64,000 nucleotides of DNA from an uncultured bacterium (lineage in GTDB: Bacteria; Patescibacteriota; JACMRA01), in assembly GCA_963704645.1 (NCBI GenBank), contig OY969926.1, positions 1,024,001-1,088,000 of the forward strand. The letters are read 5' to 3'. Under the pieces are notes generated by a model, which was given only the letters and a program-made list of their open reading frames with translations, had not been told where the DNA came from and ran no database searches. Made by a program: the position numbers and the translations under genes. How positions within the stretch are numbered: the stretch's first letter is position 1; every line of letters starts with the position of its first letter. Positions 48,683 through 58,323 of this stretch are shown here, piece by piece.

Positions 48683-50125
48683 ATGAAACTATACTTTTCT
48701 GGAATTGGTGGTGTTGGGCTTGCACCACTGGCTATGATAGCTAAAGACTGTGGTTTTGAAGTTTTTGGTTCAGATAGAAGCCCTAGTTTGTCTTCAGCTG
48801 AACTAGAAAAGAGAGGAATTGAAATAACTTACGAACAAAGTTTAGAGGAAATACAAGCCGCTTATACCAAACATAACTTTGATTGGTTAGTGGTTACAGC
48901 TGCCCTTCCCCAAAGCCACCCACATATACAGTTTGCCAAAGAAAACAATATTAAAATTTCCAAGCGGGATGAACTGTTAAATGTTATTCTAGCCGAGAAA
49001 AAACTAAAATTAATTGCAGTAGCAGGAACCCATGGTAAAACTACAACTACAGCTATGGTTACTTGGTTGTTTCAACAAAACAATATTCCGGTAAGCTATT
49101 TAATTGGGTCTAATATTTCATTTGGGCCAGCAGGTAAATATGAAGAAGACAGCCGATATTTTGTTTTAGAATGTGACGAATTCGATAAAAACTTTTTACA
49201 TTTTCGCCCAGAAATTAGTGTAATTACCAGCCTAGATTATGATCATCCAGACACTTACCCAACTAAGGAAGAATATCTTGAATGTTTTAATAAATTCTTG
49301 GGTCAAACTAAGGAGGGAATTTGTATTTGGGAAGAAGATTCCAACAAACTAAATTTAGCGGAGGTTAGTGCAAAAGTTTATAGTTTTAATTCCAAGGTTG
49401 TGCCTTACTCGAATTACTTACAGTTGATAAACTTGGCGGGAGAACATAACCGTCGAAATGGATTTTTATCTATTGTGGCCACGCTTTCTGCACTACCAAA
49501 AATTAATGATTCAAACGAGCTGTTGAATCAGCCAAAAATTTCCTTAGAAAAACTTAACGAAAGTCTTTCCAGCTTCCCAGGAACTATTCGTAGATTTGAA
49601 AAAATTAACCATGGTTTGTATTCAGATTACGCCCACCACCCTGTAGAAATTTCAGCTACAATTCAGTTAGCCAAGGAAGTTCAAGCAAAAGGCAAGTTTA
49701 ACCAACTGGTAATTGTGTATCAGCCTCATCAAAATTTACGCCAACACGAAGACTCAATTCAACTAGGCTACAAAGATTGCTTTCACCAAACAGACAAACT
49801 TTACTGGCTACCAACCTATTTAAGCAGAGAGCCTGAAGGAACAGAAATATTACAACCAGCAAGCATAGCCCAAAATTTAGAAGGGTTTAGGTTGGATCCT
49901 TTGAACAATAATAATAATACAAAATTCATAGCCAACAATTACAACGGAGATACTGACAAAATATCAATTAGTAAACCCGAAAGTAATCTCAAATATTTAA
50001 CCGGACAATTTGTACAACTAGATGCAAATTTAAAAAAAATAATTCAAACAGAATTAGATAACAACAATTTGGTTGTGTGTTTTGGGGCTGGTAATATTGA
50101 TGACTTTGTTAGGAGTAGTTTTTAG
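48683..50125 (+). CDS. murC: UDP-N-acetylmuramate--L-alanine ligase
   Basis: GIGGVGL, VAGTHGKTTT, ECDEFD, DHPD, GEHN, RRFE, DYAHHP, YQPH, GAGNI. Confidence 0.92.
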   Translation: MKLYFSGIGGVGLAPLAMIAKDCGFEVFGSDRSPSLSSAELEKRGIEITYEQSLEEIQAAYTKHNFDWLVVTAALPQSHPHIQFAKENNIKISKRDELLNVILAEKKLKLIAVAGTHGKTTTTAMVTWLFQQNNIPVSYLIGSNISFGPAGKYEEDSRYFVLECDEFDKNFLHFRPEISVITSLDYDHPDTYPTKEEYLECFNKFLGQTKEGICIWEEDSNKLNLAEVSAKVYSFNSKVVPYSNYLQLINLAGEHNRRNGFLSIVATLSALPKINDSNELLNQPKISLEKLNESLSSFPGTIRRFEKINHGLYSDYAHHPVEISATIQLAKEVQAKGKFNQLVIVYQPHQNLRQHEDSIQLGYKDCFHQTDKLYWLPTYLSREPEGTEILQPASIAQNLEGFRLDPLNNNNNTKFIANNYNGDTDKISISKPESNLKYLTGQFVQLDANLKKIIQTELDNNNLVVCFGAGNIDDFVRSSF

Positions 50126-50202
50126 GAAGTAGTGCTGGGAATAAGTAGTGTTGTAAAATAATCTTAGGCTCAAAAGCTTAGGCCCTGAAACAAGTTCAGG
50201 GT

Positions 50203-51282
50203 TGTATATGTCAACTTATTCAGTGACAGAATTAAGTTTCTCATAGGGAGTAATATTACCAATACCTTGATGTCTTCTAATATGGTTGAAGTAGCAACAA
50301 TATTCAAATAATTCTTCTTCTAAACTTTCTTTATCTGGGTATACTTGCTCTCTAAGTAATTCTTCCTCTAAACTTCTCCAGAATCTTTCTACTTTACCAT
50401 TGGTTTGTGGCCTGTAGGCTCTAGTGTACTTATGCTTAATGTTGTATTCTAACAGTAATCTTTCAAATGGATGGTTTTGTTTGTTTTCTTCTTTTGTTTC
50501 TTTCCTTCCAAATTCGGGTCCATTGTCTGTTAATATACTTTGAAAATCTATGTTGTAACATCTATTGAATACTGCTAATAATCTTTGAGTATAAAGCATA
50601 ACTGTTAGAGCTTGTAGATTAGGTATTAGTATGGTCATAACTATTCTAGTAAAGTCATCTGTTAAGCTTAGTAGAAAGTATTCATTCTTTTCACCCTCCA
50701 GTATTCCTTTAGCTAGTCTGTGGCAATCCATATGGCCTAATTCTCCTGCTTTATCTTTAATGATTCTTCTTTTGTTAGTTTGAATTACTCTTGGATCTAA
50801 TCTATTCAATCCTTTCTTTAATAGTATATTGTAAATAGTCGTAGGTGAAGGAGTATATTTACCATACTTAGGTAAAAGGAAATCGTGTATCTCATATCTA
50901 CCAAATCCTTGGTTTCTAAGTTCAATAATCTTATTCTGTATGAAAGGAATACTTTTTAAACTACCAAACTTTCTCCCTCTTTTCTTTGGAATTAAACTAC
51001 TATCCATAGAAACTAATTTATACCTATTGTAATATTTGATGAAGTTTTGTCTAGTTATATTATTTGCTTTGTAGAATTCATTTACAAATACATATCTAGG
51101 ATGTTTCCTTGTTTTAATTAATTCATATTCTTGAACTAATTGTTTCATATGTCTAAGGTAATTCTTGGTTAAAGTATTATCGTTTAAACGCATATTATGT
51201 TAGAATATATGTTGTTAAAAATTTAACAGAAATAATCTAAAAGAAGATTTAAATTCTGTCACTGAAATTTATGACATATACA
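50203..51282 (-). mobile_element. IS481-family insertion sequence, 1080 bp, 31-bp IRs, 5-bp TSD AGGGT, inserted in REP copy 6
   Basis: Ends TGTATATGTC-N6-TTCAGTGACAGAATT (26/31 match); AGGGT at 50198-50202 and 51283-51287. Confidence 0.93.
50216..51193 (-). CDS. IS481-family DDE transposase
   Basis: GELGHMD, DDFTR, LTDNGPEF, YRPQTNGKVERF, RRHQGI...TP. Confidence 0.95.
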   Translation of the reverse strand: MRLNDNTLTKNYLRHMKQLVQEYELIKTRKHPRYVFVNEFYKANNITRQNFIKYYNRYKLVSMDSSLIPKKRGRKFGSLKSIPFIQNKIIELRNQGFGRYEIHDFLLPKYGKYTPSPTTIYNILLKKGLNRLDPRVIQTNKRRIIKDKAGELGHMDCHRLAKGILEGEKNEYFLLSLTDDFTRIVMTILIPNLQALTVMLYTQRLLAVFNRCYNIDFQSILTDNGPEFGRKETKEENKQNHPFERLLLEYNIKHKYTRAYRPQTNGKVERFWRSLEEELLREQVYPDKESLEEELFEYCCYFNHIRRHQGIGNITPYEKLNSVTE

Positions 51283-51324
51283 AGGGTGACAGTTTAAACA
51301 ATTACCTTAGCTCAATTTTTATCT

Positions 51325-52314
51325 CTAAACTCTAAAACATTGGACCAAAATTGGAGCTTTGTCTTTATTTACTACATAATAGCTTTGAAAAAAACGTTGC
51401 AAAAATTCCTCTGCTAAAGCATTTTCTCTGTTTTCAGTTTCTGTTTCCACTTCGCCAGTACCCGCTAGAATGTAATTTCCTACATTAATTAATTTTCCAC
51501 CTCTAATATTTTGTATAAAAATACTGCCAAGTTCCAAACCTTCAGCGTCTGTTCTTGCTACCAAAGTAACCAAATCTATATCGGTGGGTTGTGGTAAAAT
51601 AATTTTTTGGGTTCCAATTGTGTCTTGCAAAATGTTTAATCTGTCTCGCCACATTGCTGCTAAAGCAAAGTTTCCAGCAACAACTGCATTACCAATTTTT
51701 TGTTGAATAAAATCTTGTACAAGTTCGGTTTTACCCTCTAAAACATTTTGAATTTGCTTAATTTTTTGTGAATAATCTTGAATATTTTCTTTGCCAACAC
51801 ATATTCCATCACACTGTTTTATACCATAATAATTACAAGGCCGCTTCTGAGGAGTACGCTCCTGACAGTAAGGAAAAATTGTTCTTAAAGTTCGCAGAGT
51901 GTTGTAAATGTTGCTTTGTTTTGTATACGGCCCAAAGTACAAACTAGCTGGATCGTATTTTTTTCGAACTAAAAATATTGCTGGAATTACATCGTTGGTA
52001 ATTCGTACATATACATAACTTTTGTCGTCTTTCAGCAAAATATTATACTTCGGCTGAAGATTATGAATTAAATTAGCCTCTAAAATTAAACTTTCTTTCT
52101 CGGAAGCAACCACAGTGTATTCAATTCTATCAATTCGGCTAATCATTAAAGTTAACCTTTGGTTCTTTGGCCTTCCTTCCTGAAAATAGCTTGCAACCCT
52201 ATTCTTCAAGTTTTTGGCTTTACCAATATATAATAATCCACCGTCTTTATCGTAGTACCTATAAACACCAGGTTTTTGCGGTAAATTTTTAATTGTGGAC
52301 TTGAAATCTGACAT
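51325..52314 (-). CDS. uvrC: Excinuclease ABC subunit C, N-terminal half only (GIY-YIG, Cys cluster, UVR)
   Basis: PGVY, YIGKAKNLKNRVASYF, LILEANLI, PKYNILLKDDK, FGPY; ends at 329 aa without the catalytic RNase H and HhH domains. Confidence 0.9.
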   Translation of the reverse strand: MSDFKSTIKNLPQKPGVYRYYDKDGGLLYIGKAKNLKNRVASYFQEGRPKNQRLTLMISRIDRIEYTVVASEKESLILEANLIHNLQPKYNILLKDDKSYVYVRITNDVIPAIFLVRKKYDPASLYFGPYTKQSNIYNTLRTLRTIFPYCQERTPQKRPCNYYGIKQCDGICVGKENIQDYSQKIKQIQNVLEGKTELVQDFIQQKIGNAVVAGNFALAAMWRDRLNILQDTIGTQKIILPQPTDIDLVTLVARTDAEGLELGSIFIQNIRGGKLINVGNYILAGTGEVETETENRENALAEEFLQRFFQSYYVVNKDKAPILVQCFRV

Positions 52315-52444
52315 TGAACTTAAACAATAAGTAAATTGTTTTTGGAATTTATACAAGCTTATTTTGAAGTGCAATACCAATGCAAGCACATAAATACTTG
52401 TATTATTTTATTCTATCGCTGAACCTTTACAAAACAAAAATTGC

Positions 52445-52906
52445 ATGATTGTAAATAAAGGCAAAAGCACATTACTGGCGAGAACTAAAATCATGAAAAA
52501 GAAACATCCTTTGTATCGTCTCACTGACCAAGGATTACACCTAGTTGTTTCGACTCTAGTCGAGAGAACAAAGACTGAGTATGGCGGAGTTCTACAAGAT
52601 GCCATAGCAGGAATTCTTTTCGAAGGTGATTCAACAGAAGCTTTCAGTGTTGTGAACGATTTTATAGAGGCAGCAGAAAAGACTAGCATTTCTCTCGAAG
52701 GAATTACTACCTACAACGAGGAGGAATTGGTGAGAACATTGCTCTTTGTAGCAGTTGATGATAAGGATTTCAATGGTGATTTTAGGAAAGCTATTCAAGA
52801 ATGCATAGCGAGGGACTGGACAGAAGAATCTTTAACCGAAGAAGTTAATAGGTTGCTTGAACTTGCTAAAAAACATAATATTTCTATTGAGGGAATATTA
52901 GTTTAG
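52445..52906 (+). CDS. Orphan acidic helical protein (cassette type)
   Basis: 153 aa (alternative start 52493); terminator 52918-52949. Confidence 0.7.
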   Translation: MIVNKGKSTLLARTKIMKKKHPLYRLTDQGLHLVVSTLVERTKTEYGGVLQDAIAGILFEGDSTEAFSVVNDFIEAAEKTSISLEGITTYNEEELVRTLLFVAVDDKDFNGDFRKAIQECIARDWTEESLTEEVNRLLELAKKHNISIEGILV

Positions 52907-52981
52907 ATTTTACAGAGTAGATCTTCTTCTGAAGGTCTATTTTTATTTTGAATAATATTTGCTAGCTAATATACGTATTCA

Positions 52982-53944
52982 CTATTCCCGTTCAGAAACA
53001 TATTGAGCCAATTTCAACAAATTCCAAAACAAGCACAAAACTGTTAGCGGGCCAATTCCCCCTGGGCTTGGACACAAAACTACGTTTTCAGATAAATTAT
53101 TTTTATCTACATCACCAATTAGACTTCCTTCTACATCGCTAGTTCCTGCATCAATAACTATAGCATCATCTTTTAACCAGCTAGAATTAATTAGATTTGG
53201 AACGCCTACCCCAGAAATTACAATGTCAGCTTGTTTGGTTAAAGTCTCTGGGTTTTTTGTATCTTTGTTTATAGAAATAATTGTAGCCTCAGTTTTAGCC
53301 AGCCAATTTAAAGTTGGGCTTCCCACCAATTTCCCTTGCCCTACAACAGCCACAGTTTTGCCCTTTAAATTAATTTTATCAGGAATTATCTTTTCATCAA
53401 CAACCAAATTTGTTTTTGAATCAAACTCAGATATTTGGCTTGATTTTGATGTTTCTTCTGTTTTCTGAACTGCAGATTTAGAATTTATGATTTCGTATAA
53501 ACATAGCTGAATGGCCTGTACTGTTGGCCAAAATATATTTTTATTCAACAAATTCGGCCAGTTATTAGATAGTAAATCTACGTCAGAAAAAACTGGAACT
53601 TGTTCAATATATTTTGCAAATTCTTGAGCTAAGGGAAGTTGGAAAATTATTCCTTGGTATGAACTTGATTCTAATTTGGATAACTCTATCACTTTCAATA
53701 AAGACTGTATTTTGAAATGAATATCTTCTTCTTGCCCAGAAAACTTATGTATCACAACTTTCACCCCAAGCTCGGCCCCAAGTTTTTGCTTTAAATTAAC
53801 GTATTTTATAGAACTTAAATTGTCTCCAATTAAAACAATATTTAAAACCAAAGGCAAATATAGCTTATTGTATTCAGCAATTTCTGATATTAAAAAGTTT
53901 TTTAATCTAAGCTTTAAACTAGCGTTACTAAAAATTGTACTCAC
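52982..53944 (-). CDS. folD: Methylenetetrahydrofolate dehydrogenase/cyclohydrolase (divergent)
   Basis: YVNLK, GIIFQLPL, DVD, VVGQGKLVG, VIDAG, GDVD, PGGIGPLTV. Confidence 0.9.
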   Translation of the reverse strand: MSTIFSNASLKLRLKNFLISEIAEYNKLYLPLVLNIVLIGDNLSSIKYVNLKQKLGAELGVKVVIHKFSGQEEDIHFKIQSLLKVIELSKLESSSYQGIIFQLPLAQEFAKYIEQVPVFSDVDLLSNNWPNLLNKNIFWPTVQAIQLCLYEIINSKSAVQKTEETSKSSQISEFDSKTNLVVDEKIIPDKINLKGKTVAVVGQGKLVGSPTLNWLAKTEATIISINKDTKNPETLTKQADIVISGVGVPNLINSSWLKDDAIVIDAGTSDVEGSLIGDVDKNNLSENVVLCPSPGGIGPLTVLCLFWNLLKLAQYVSERE

Positions 53945-54025
53945 AATATTCTAATACAAAACCAAACAATATATGGCAAGTATAGGTATTAATTATCAAT
54001 CAGATTAGCGAGGTACCTACTAACA

Positions 54026-54051
54026 TGTCACCCTTGTATATGTCCTAAATT
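54026..54051 (+). mobile_element. Orphan REP-half/IS481-end junction (scar)
   Basis: TGTCACCCT|TGTATATGTCCTAAATT matches the reverse complement of the junction at about 51266-51291 with 1 mismatch. Confidence 0.75.
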
Positions 54052-54078
54052 ACAAAACTACAACCCGCTATCCCCACC

Positions 54079-54675
54079 CTAGTAAACCACTTTACAAACT
54101 TCTAGCTGAATTCCACTAACCGAATATTTTTCTTTAGTAAAATGAAATGGGCTTGGACTAACCAATTTGTTACAGGCTTCTTTGGTAACTAAAATTTCAC
54201 CTTTTTCTGCAATATCTTCACCTAGCTTGCTGGCCAAATTAATGGCGTCACCAAAAGCGTCTTTACCTTCAATTAGCAAAATATTTCCATAAGAAATGCC
54301 AATACTAACCGCTAAATCTTTAGTATCTTCTGTTAAAGTGTTCATAGCTTGCAAGGCAATATTTATAGAAATTGCTGCTTGAATTGCTTCTTCCACAGTA
54401 TTAAAAACTGCAAACAAATTATCGGCTTCAAACTTTACAACCGAACCTTTAAACCTTTCCACAATAGGTGCCGTAGCTAATTGCATTCGCCTAATCATTC
54501 CTAAAAAATGTGTTAAACCATGCTTTTGGGTTAGAAAAGTAAAACCAGACATATCTAAAGACATCACAGCTTTGTCTTGCCCATATTTTTCCCAAAGTTT
54601 AGCCTCGGCTTGTTTAATATTTTCAGCACCACTGGCTATATTGTATTCATCTATAAGCTTGTAGAAAGATTGCAT
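54079..54675 (-). CDS. Stand-alone class III adenylate/guanylate cyclase
   Basis: SLDMSGFT, VKFEADN, IGISYG, DAFGDAINLASKL. Confidence 0.92.
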   Translation of the reverse strand: MQSFYKLIDEYNIASGAENIKQAEAKLWEKYGQDKAVMSLDMSGFTFLTQKHGLTHFLGMIRRMQLATAPIVERFKGSVVKFEADNLFAVFNTVEEAIQAAISINIALQAMNTLTEDTKDLAVSIGISYGNILLIEGKDAFGDAINLASKLGEDIAEKGEILVTKEACNKLVSPSPFHFTKEKYSVSGIQLEVCKVVY

Positions 54676-54850
54676 ATTAGAATTGTTTTTCTGTTTAATA
54701 AGAAGTTTGGTTTAAGGAAATTGTCAAAAGTACGCAAATAATTTTGCTCTAAATTTTAGCAAATAAAAAATAATTTGTTTAAATTGAAAAAGTGTATATA
54801 CTATGTTGTATCTTACACGATACTTTAACCAAATTAAAAAGAGGAAAGTC

Positions 54851-55234
54851 TTGATAAAATATGTTGTCATTGATGATCAAAGTGTCTATGCAAAACCAAT
54901 AGACCCAGACAATAGTCAAAATCCTATTTTGATAAATCTATGCAGACAAAATTTTGATCTGATCTTTTTTGGGAAAATTGACGAACCAATGGTTAACAGT
55001 TTACACCCATGGAATACTGATGGAGCTGTGATAAAATCTGATGCACCATTTGGAAGAGACCACCTTTCAATTCCATTTGTAAATAAAGTTTACCTAACAG
55101 CAAAAAACGTAGACCAAATTATTCCAGGATCTCCAATTTTATTAAAAATTGATTTTAATCTAAACGGAAAAGAGGATGATGTTTGGGCTTTTGAAGTTAC
55201 AGGCATTATAACCACCGAACTTGGAACATATTAA
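54851..55234 (+). CDS. Orphan hypothetical protein (cassette type)
   Basis: TTG start after AGAGGA (alternative ATG 54803); hairpin AACCCACCA...TGGCGGGTT downstream. Confidence 0.6.
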   Translation: MIKYVVIDDQSVYAKPIDPDNSQNPILINLCRQNFDLIFFGKIDEPMVNSLHPWNTDGAVIKSDAPFGRDHLSIPFVNKVYLTAKNVDQIIPGSPILLKIDFNLNGKEDDVWAFEVTGIITTELGTY

Positions 55235-55355
55235 ATTCTATCTAACCAACCCACCACATCTAATAAATTGGCGGGTTTAATTTTTTCCCAAAAAAAGTTA
55301 CTCGAATACCAACCTTTGACAACCCACCCACCACAAACTAAAACCAAAATGTAAT

Positions 55356-57635
55356 ATGAGTGTGAAACTTCTAAAATTTGAACATCAGTTGGGTGAAATT
55401 GATTGGTTAGTGGAACAGGTTCAAAAGCAAATTGAAAATGGAGTACTTCCGGCCGAAATTGCAATTATTGCCCCAAAGCATAAATACTTGGAAACCATCA
55501 CCAAATTTTTATTAGAAAAAAACATTCCTGTAAGTTATATTCGTGAAAATTCTGTGCTTGAAGAACCAACTATTGTGGCACTTTTAGACATGGTAAAATT
55601 AACCCATTTTATAATTACCAACCCAGAACAAGCCAATGTTTACTGGCTAAAAGTTTTGTCTAACCCTTGTTGGAATTTGTCTGCTTCAACTATTTCCAAA
55701 TTATCTTTAATTACTTTTTATTCAAGGTTAAGCTGGCAAGAAACTTTAGGCTTAATTGAAATTGGTAGGACAAATATAGCTTCAAATAAATTGGCTAGTG
55801 AAGGTAAAAGGGAGCAGAAAAGTGGCGTCAACAATAATGCTTTAGATTATATTGCAAGTTATACTCTAGAGGGTATTTCAAACGATGATGTCGGTGGCTC
55901 TGCAAACAATATTTTAAGAAATGTTATAGATGATGTTCTAATTGCTAAACCACATTTGCAGCTTACTGAGACCGAGGTGAAACAAGTGTCTTCAATTTCC
56001 AAATTCTTCATCGAAATTTCAAAAACAGCTTTGCAAGAACCAGCCGAGCAAATTTTAAACCGTTTACTTGGTGTTGAAAATGTACAAATTGGAGCAGAAG
56101 AAGAAACCGACGACGAAATAGAATTAGGTTTAATAGAAAATGATAACTTCGATTTTAATTCTACAACACAAAACTTAAACCAGAAAAAAACTCAAACTTT
56201 TGTTTCACCTTTCAAGCAATATTACTTTGATACAGCCAGAAATAATAATGATAAAAACTACTTAATTTTCTTAGCCAATTTACGGGTTTTGGTAGACCAG
56301 CTTCGTAAAATGAATTCGGCTGAACAAATTTTAATTAGTCATTGGCTAGAATCTTTAGCCATTTTAAATGCCAGACAAAAGCCCTTGGTTTCTAAATTAA
56401 GCATAGGAAATTCAAGCCAATCTGTAAATTTAATTACGGCGCATTCTGCTAAAGGTTTAGAGTTTGAAACTGTTTTCTTGGTGCACTGTAATAAAAGTGT
56501 TTGGAGCAGTAAAGGTAAAAATACAATACTTTCTTTGCCGAAAAACCTTAATTTACAATCAGAAGCCGAGAACAGAGATGACCAAATTAGGCTATTTTTC
56601 GTGTCTCTAACAAGAGCAAAACGTAATTTGTTTTTAAGCTATTCCAATTTAAGTTTGCAAGATGAACAATTAGAAAAACTAACCTTCCTTGATGAAAGTA
56701 GCCTTGAAGAAGAGGTAGTTGAAAAAGAAATTTTGCCTTTAAATTTACATTGGTTTAATTTGAAAAGCCAAGAAAACCTGTTAACCTTAACCGAAACGGA
56801 ATTTCTAGCCCCAGAGCTTCAGGGCTACCAATTAAGCGTTACCCATTTAAACAACTTTTTGGACATTGAAAAAGGCGGGCCAAACTATTTTTTGTCTACC
56901 AATTTACTAAGATTTCCTATGGCTAAAAGTGAATCGGCTGTTTTTGGAACTTTAATGCACGAAAGCATGGCCAATTTCTATAAACAATTTGCTTCCACCA
57001 AAACTTTGCCAGATTTTGACTATTTGCTAACTTCCTTTAAAACATTATTGAACAGGCAAAAAATTAGTAAGAACCAAAAAGAAAAAGACTTTAAAAAAGC
57101 CAGCAGGTACTTAAAAGATTATTATGAAAATAGAAAAGATGAGTTCAATTTTAACCACAAAATTGAGTTTGACTTTAAAAACCAAGGCGTTCTTTTAGGC
57201 CAAGCAAAATTGTCTGGTAAAATAGATAAAATGGTTATAAATGAAGAAAATAAAACTATTTCAGTTATAGATTTAAAAACTGGGAAATATATTCCAAAGT
57301 GGGTTGAAAAGGGAACAAGTTACGAAGCCGAAAAGTCTGATAATTACAAAAGACAATTGGTTTTTTACAAACTTTTAGTAGAAAATTCCCGCGAGTTTAA
57401 AGGCAAATACATTGTAGATAGCGGCGCCCTAGACTTTTTAGAATCAGATTTGGACACTGGTTTAGTTCATTGTTTAGAGACTAGTATTTCAAACCACGAG
57501 GCGGAACAATTAGAATTATTAATTCAAAAGATTTGGGCCAGAATTATGAAATTAGACTTTTCTTTACCCAGCCAAAAGTACGACAAAGGCTTAGCAGGAA
57601 AACAACAATTTATTCAAGAATTGCTAGCGGAATAA
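55356..57635 (+). CDS. UvrD/AddA-like helicase C-terminal half fused to PD-(D/E)XK nuclease; N-terminal ATPase half absent
   Basis: IAIIAP, ITAHSAKGLEF, RLFFVSLTRAK, FGTLMH, GKIDK...VIDLKTG, QLVFY; no Walker A/B. Confidence 0.88.
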   Translation: MSVKLLKFEHQLGEIDWLVEQVQKQIENGVLPAEIAIIAPKHKYLETITKFLLEKNIPVSYIRENSVLEEPTIVALLDMVKLTHFIITNPEQANVYWLKVLSNPCWNLSASTISKLSLITFYSRLSWQETLGLIEIGRTNIASNKLASEGKREQKSGVNNNALDYIASYTLEGISNDDVGGSANNILRNVIDDVLIAKPHLQLTETEVKQVSSISKFFIEISKTALQEPAEQILNRLLGVENVQIGAEEETDDEIELGLIENDNFDFNSTTQNLNQKKTQTFVSPFKQYYFDTARNNNDKNYLIFLANLRVLVDQLRKMNSAEQILISHWLESLAILNARQKPLVSKLSIGNSSQSVNLITAHSAKGLEFETVFLVHCNKSVWSSKGKNTILSLPKNLNLQSEAENRDDQIRLFFVSLTRAKRNLFLSYSNLSLQDEQLEKLTFLDESSLEEEVVEKEILPLNLHWFNLKSQENLLTLTETEFLAPELQGYQLSVTHLNNFLDIEKGGPNYFLSTNLLRFPMAKSESAVFGTLMHESMANFYKQFASTKTLPDFDYLLTSFKTLLNRQKISKNQKEKDFKKASRYLKDYYENRKDEFNFNHKIEFDFKNQGVLLGQAKLSGKIDKMVINEENKTISVIDLKTGKYIPKWVEKGTSYEAEKSDNYKRQLVFYKLLVENSREFKGKYIVDSGALDFLESDLDTGLVHCLETSISNHEAEQLELLIQKIWARIMKLDFSLPSQKYDKGLAGKQQFIQELLAE

Positions 57636-57730
57636 GCTAAATCATAGGAAAATATCTCGAGTCTCGATGTTAAGTTTTTTTTCAAACATATAGTCATCAT
57701 AGATTTTAACAAAATCACTCCTAAATTCTC

Positions 57731-57765
57731 GAGCCTGTCACCCTGAATTTATTTCAGGGTATAAG
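57731..57765 (+). repeat. TGTCACCCTGAA-type palindromic repeat, copy 7
   Basis: GAGCCTGTCACCCTGAATTTATTTCAGGGTATAAG. Confidence 0.85.
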
Positions 57766-57828
57766 TGTATAAATATGATAAATTAGTTTCAGGTTTAGTA
57801 TTTTATAAAGAGAATGCAATGGAACAAA

Positions 57829-57889
57829 CCTTGCACACCATAGTTTTTTGTGCTACCAACAATATATACCAATTCGGTACAAATTTACT
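57829..57889 (+). promoter_or_regulatory. Promoter/leader shared with the reverse complement of about 21398-21458
   Basis: CCTTG...TTTTTTGTGCTAYCAAC....TATACCAATTCGGTAMAAATTTACT; 41/46 identity in the core. Confidence 0.8.
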
Positions 57890-57902
57890 TTGAGATAAAA
57901 AA

Positions 57903-58307
57903 ATGGATTTACTCAGTATTCCTGACAATACAACTATCAAAGTTGAAGCTAAAATACCGTCCCACACTATTGTGGCAATTAAAACGGACCATTCTGCCCA
58001 AACCTGCGAGATTGATGTTGAAGAACTACCAATTTCTATAGTGCTGATCAATAACCCATATTCTGGTGGAGAGAACGACAAAGTTCAGCGCTCTGGATTA
58101 CTAGAAATTTTTGACATTAGAAGATTCGATATAACATTGGTGCACAATGTCAATTTTATACAGGAAGTTCTAAGTGTCCCGGAGGTGCAAATTATCACTT
58201 CTAATCTTATCGTTTTTAGTGGAATTTTCTGGATGTATGCAGATCCAAGTAATGCGTGGGTATTTCAAATTGAAGTACCAGCAACTATTACAATTGATAA
58301 TTTATAA
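57903..58307 (+). CDS. Orphan beta-rich protein, probable remote paralog of 20970-21380
   Basis: 134 aa; shared flanks; scattered colinear motif similarity. Confidence 0.7.
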   Translation: MDLLSIPDNTTIKVEAKIPSHTIVAIKTDHSAQTCEIDVEELPISIVLINNPYSGGENDKVQRSGLLEIFDIRRFDITLVHNVNFIQEVLSVPEVQIITSNLIVFSGIFWMYADPSNAWVFQIEVPATITIDNL

Positions 58308-58323
58308 TAAAACTTATAACAAC

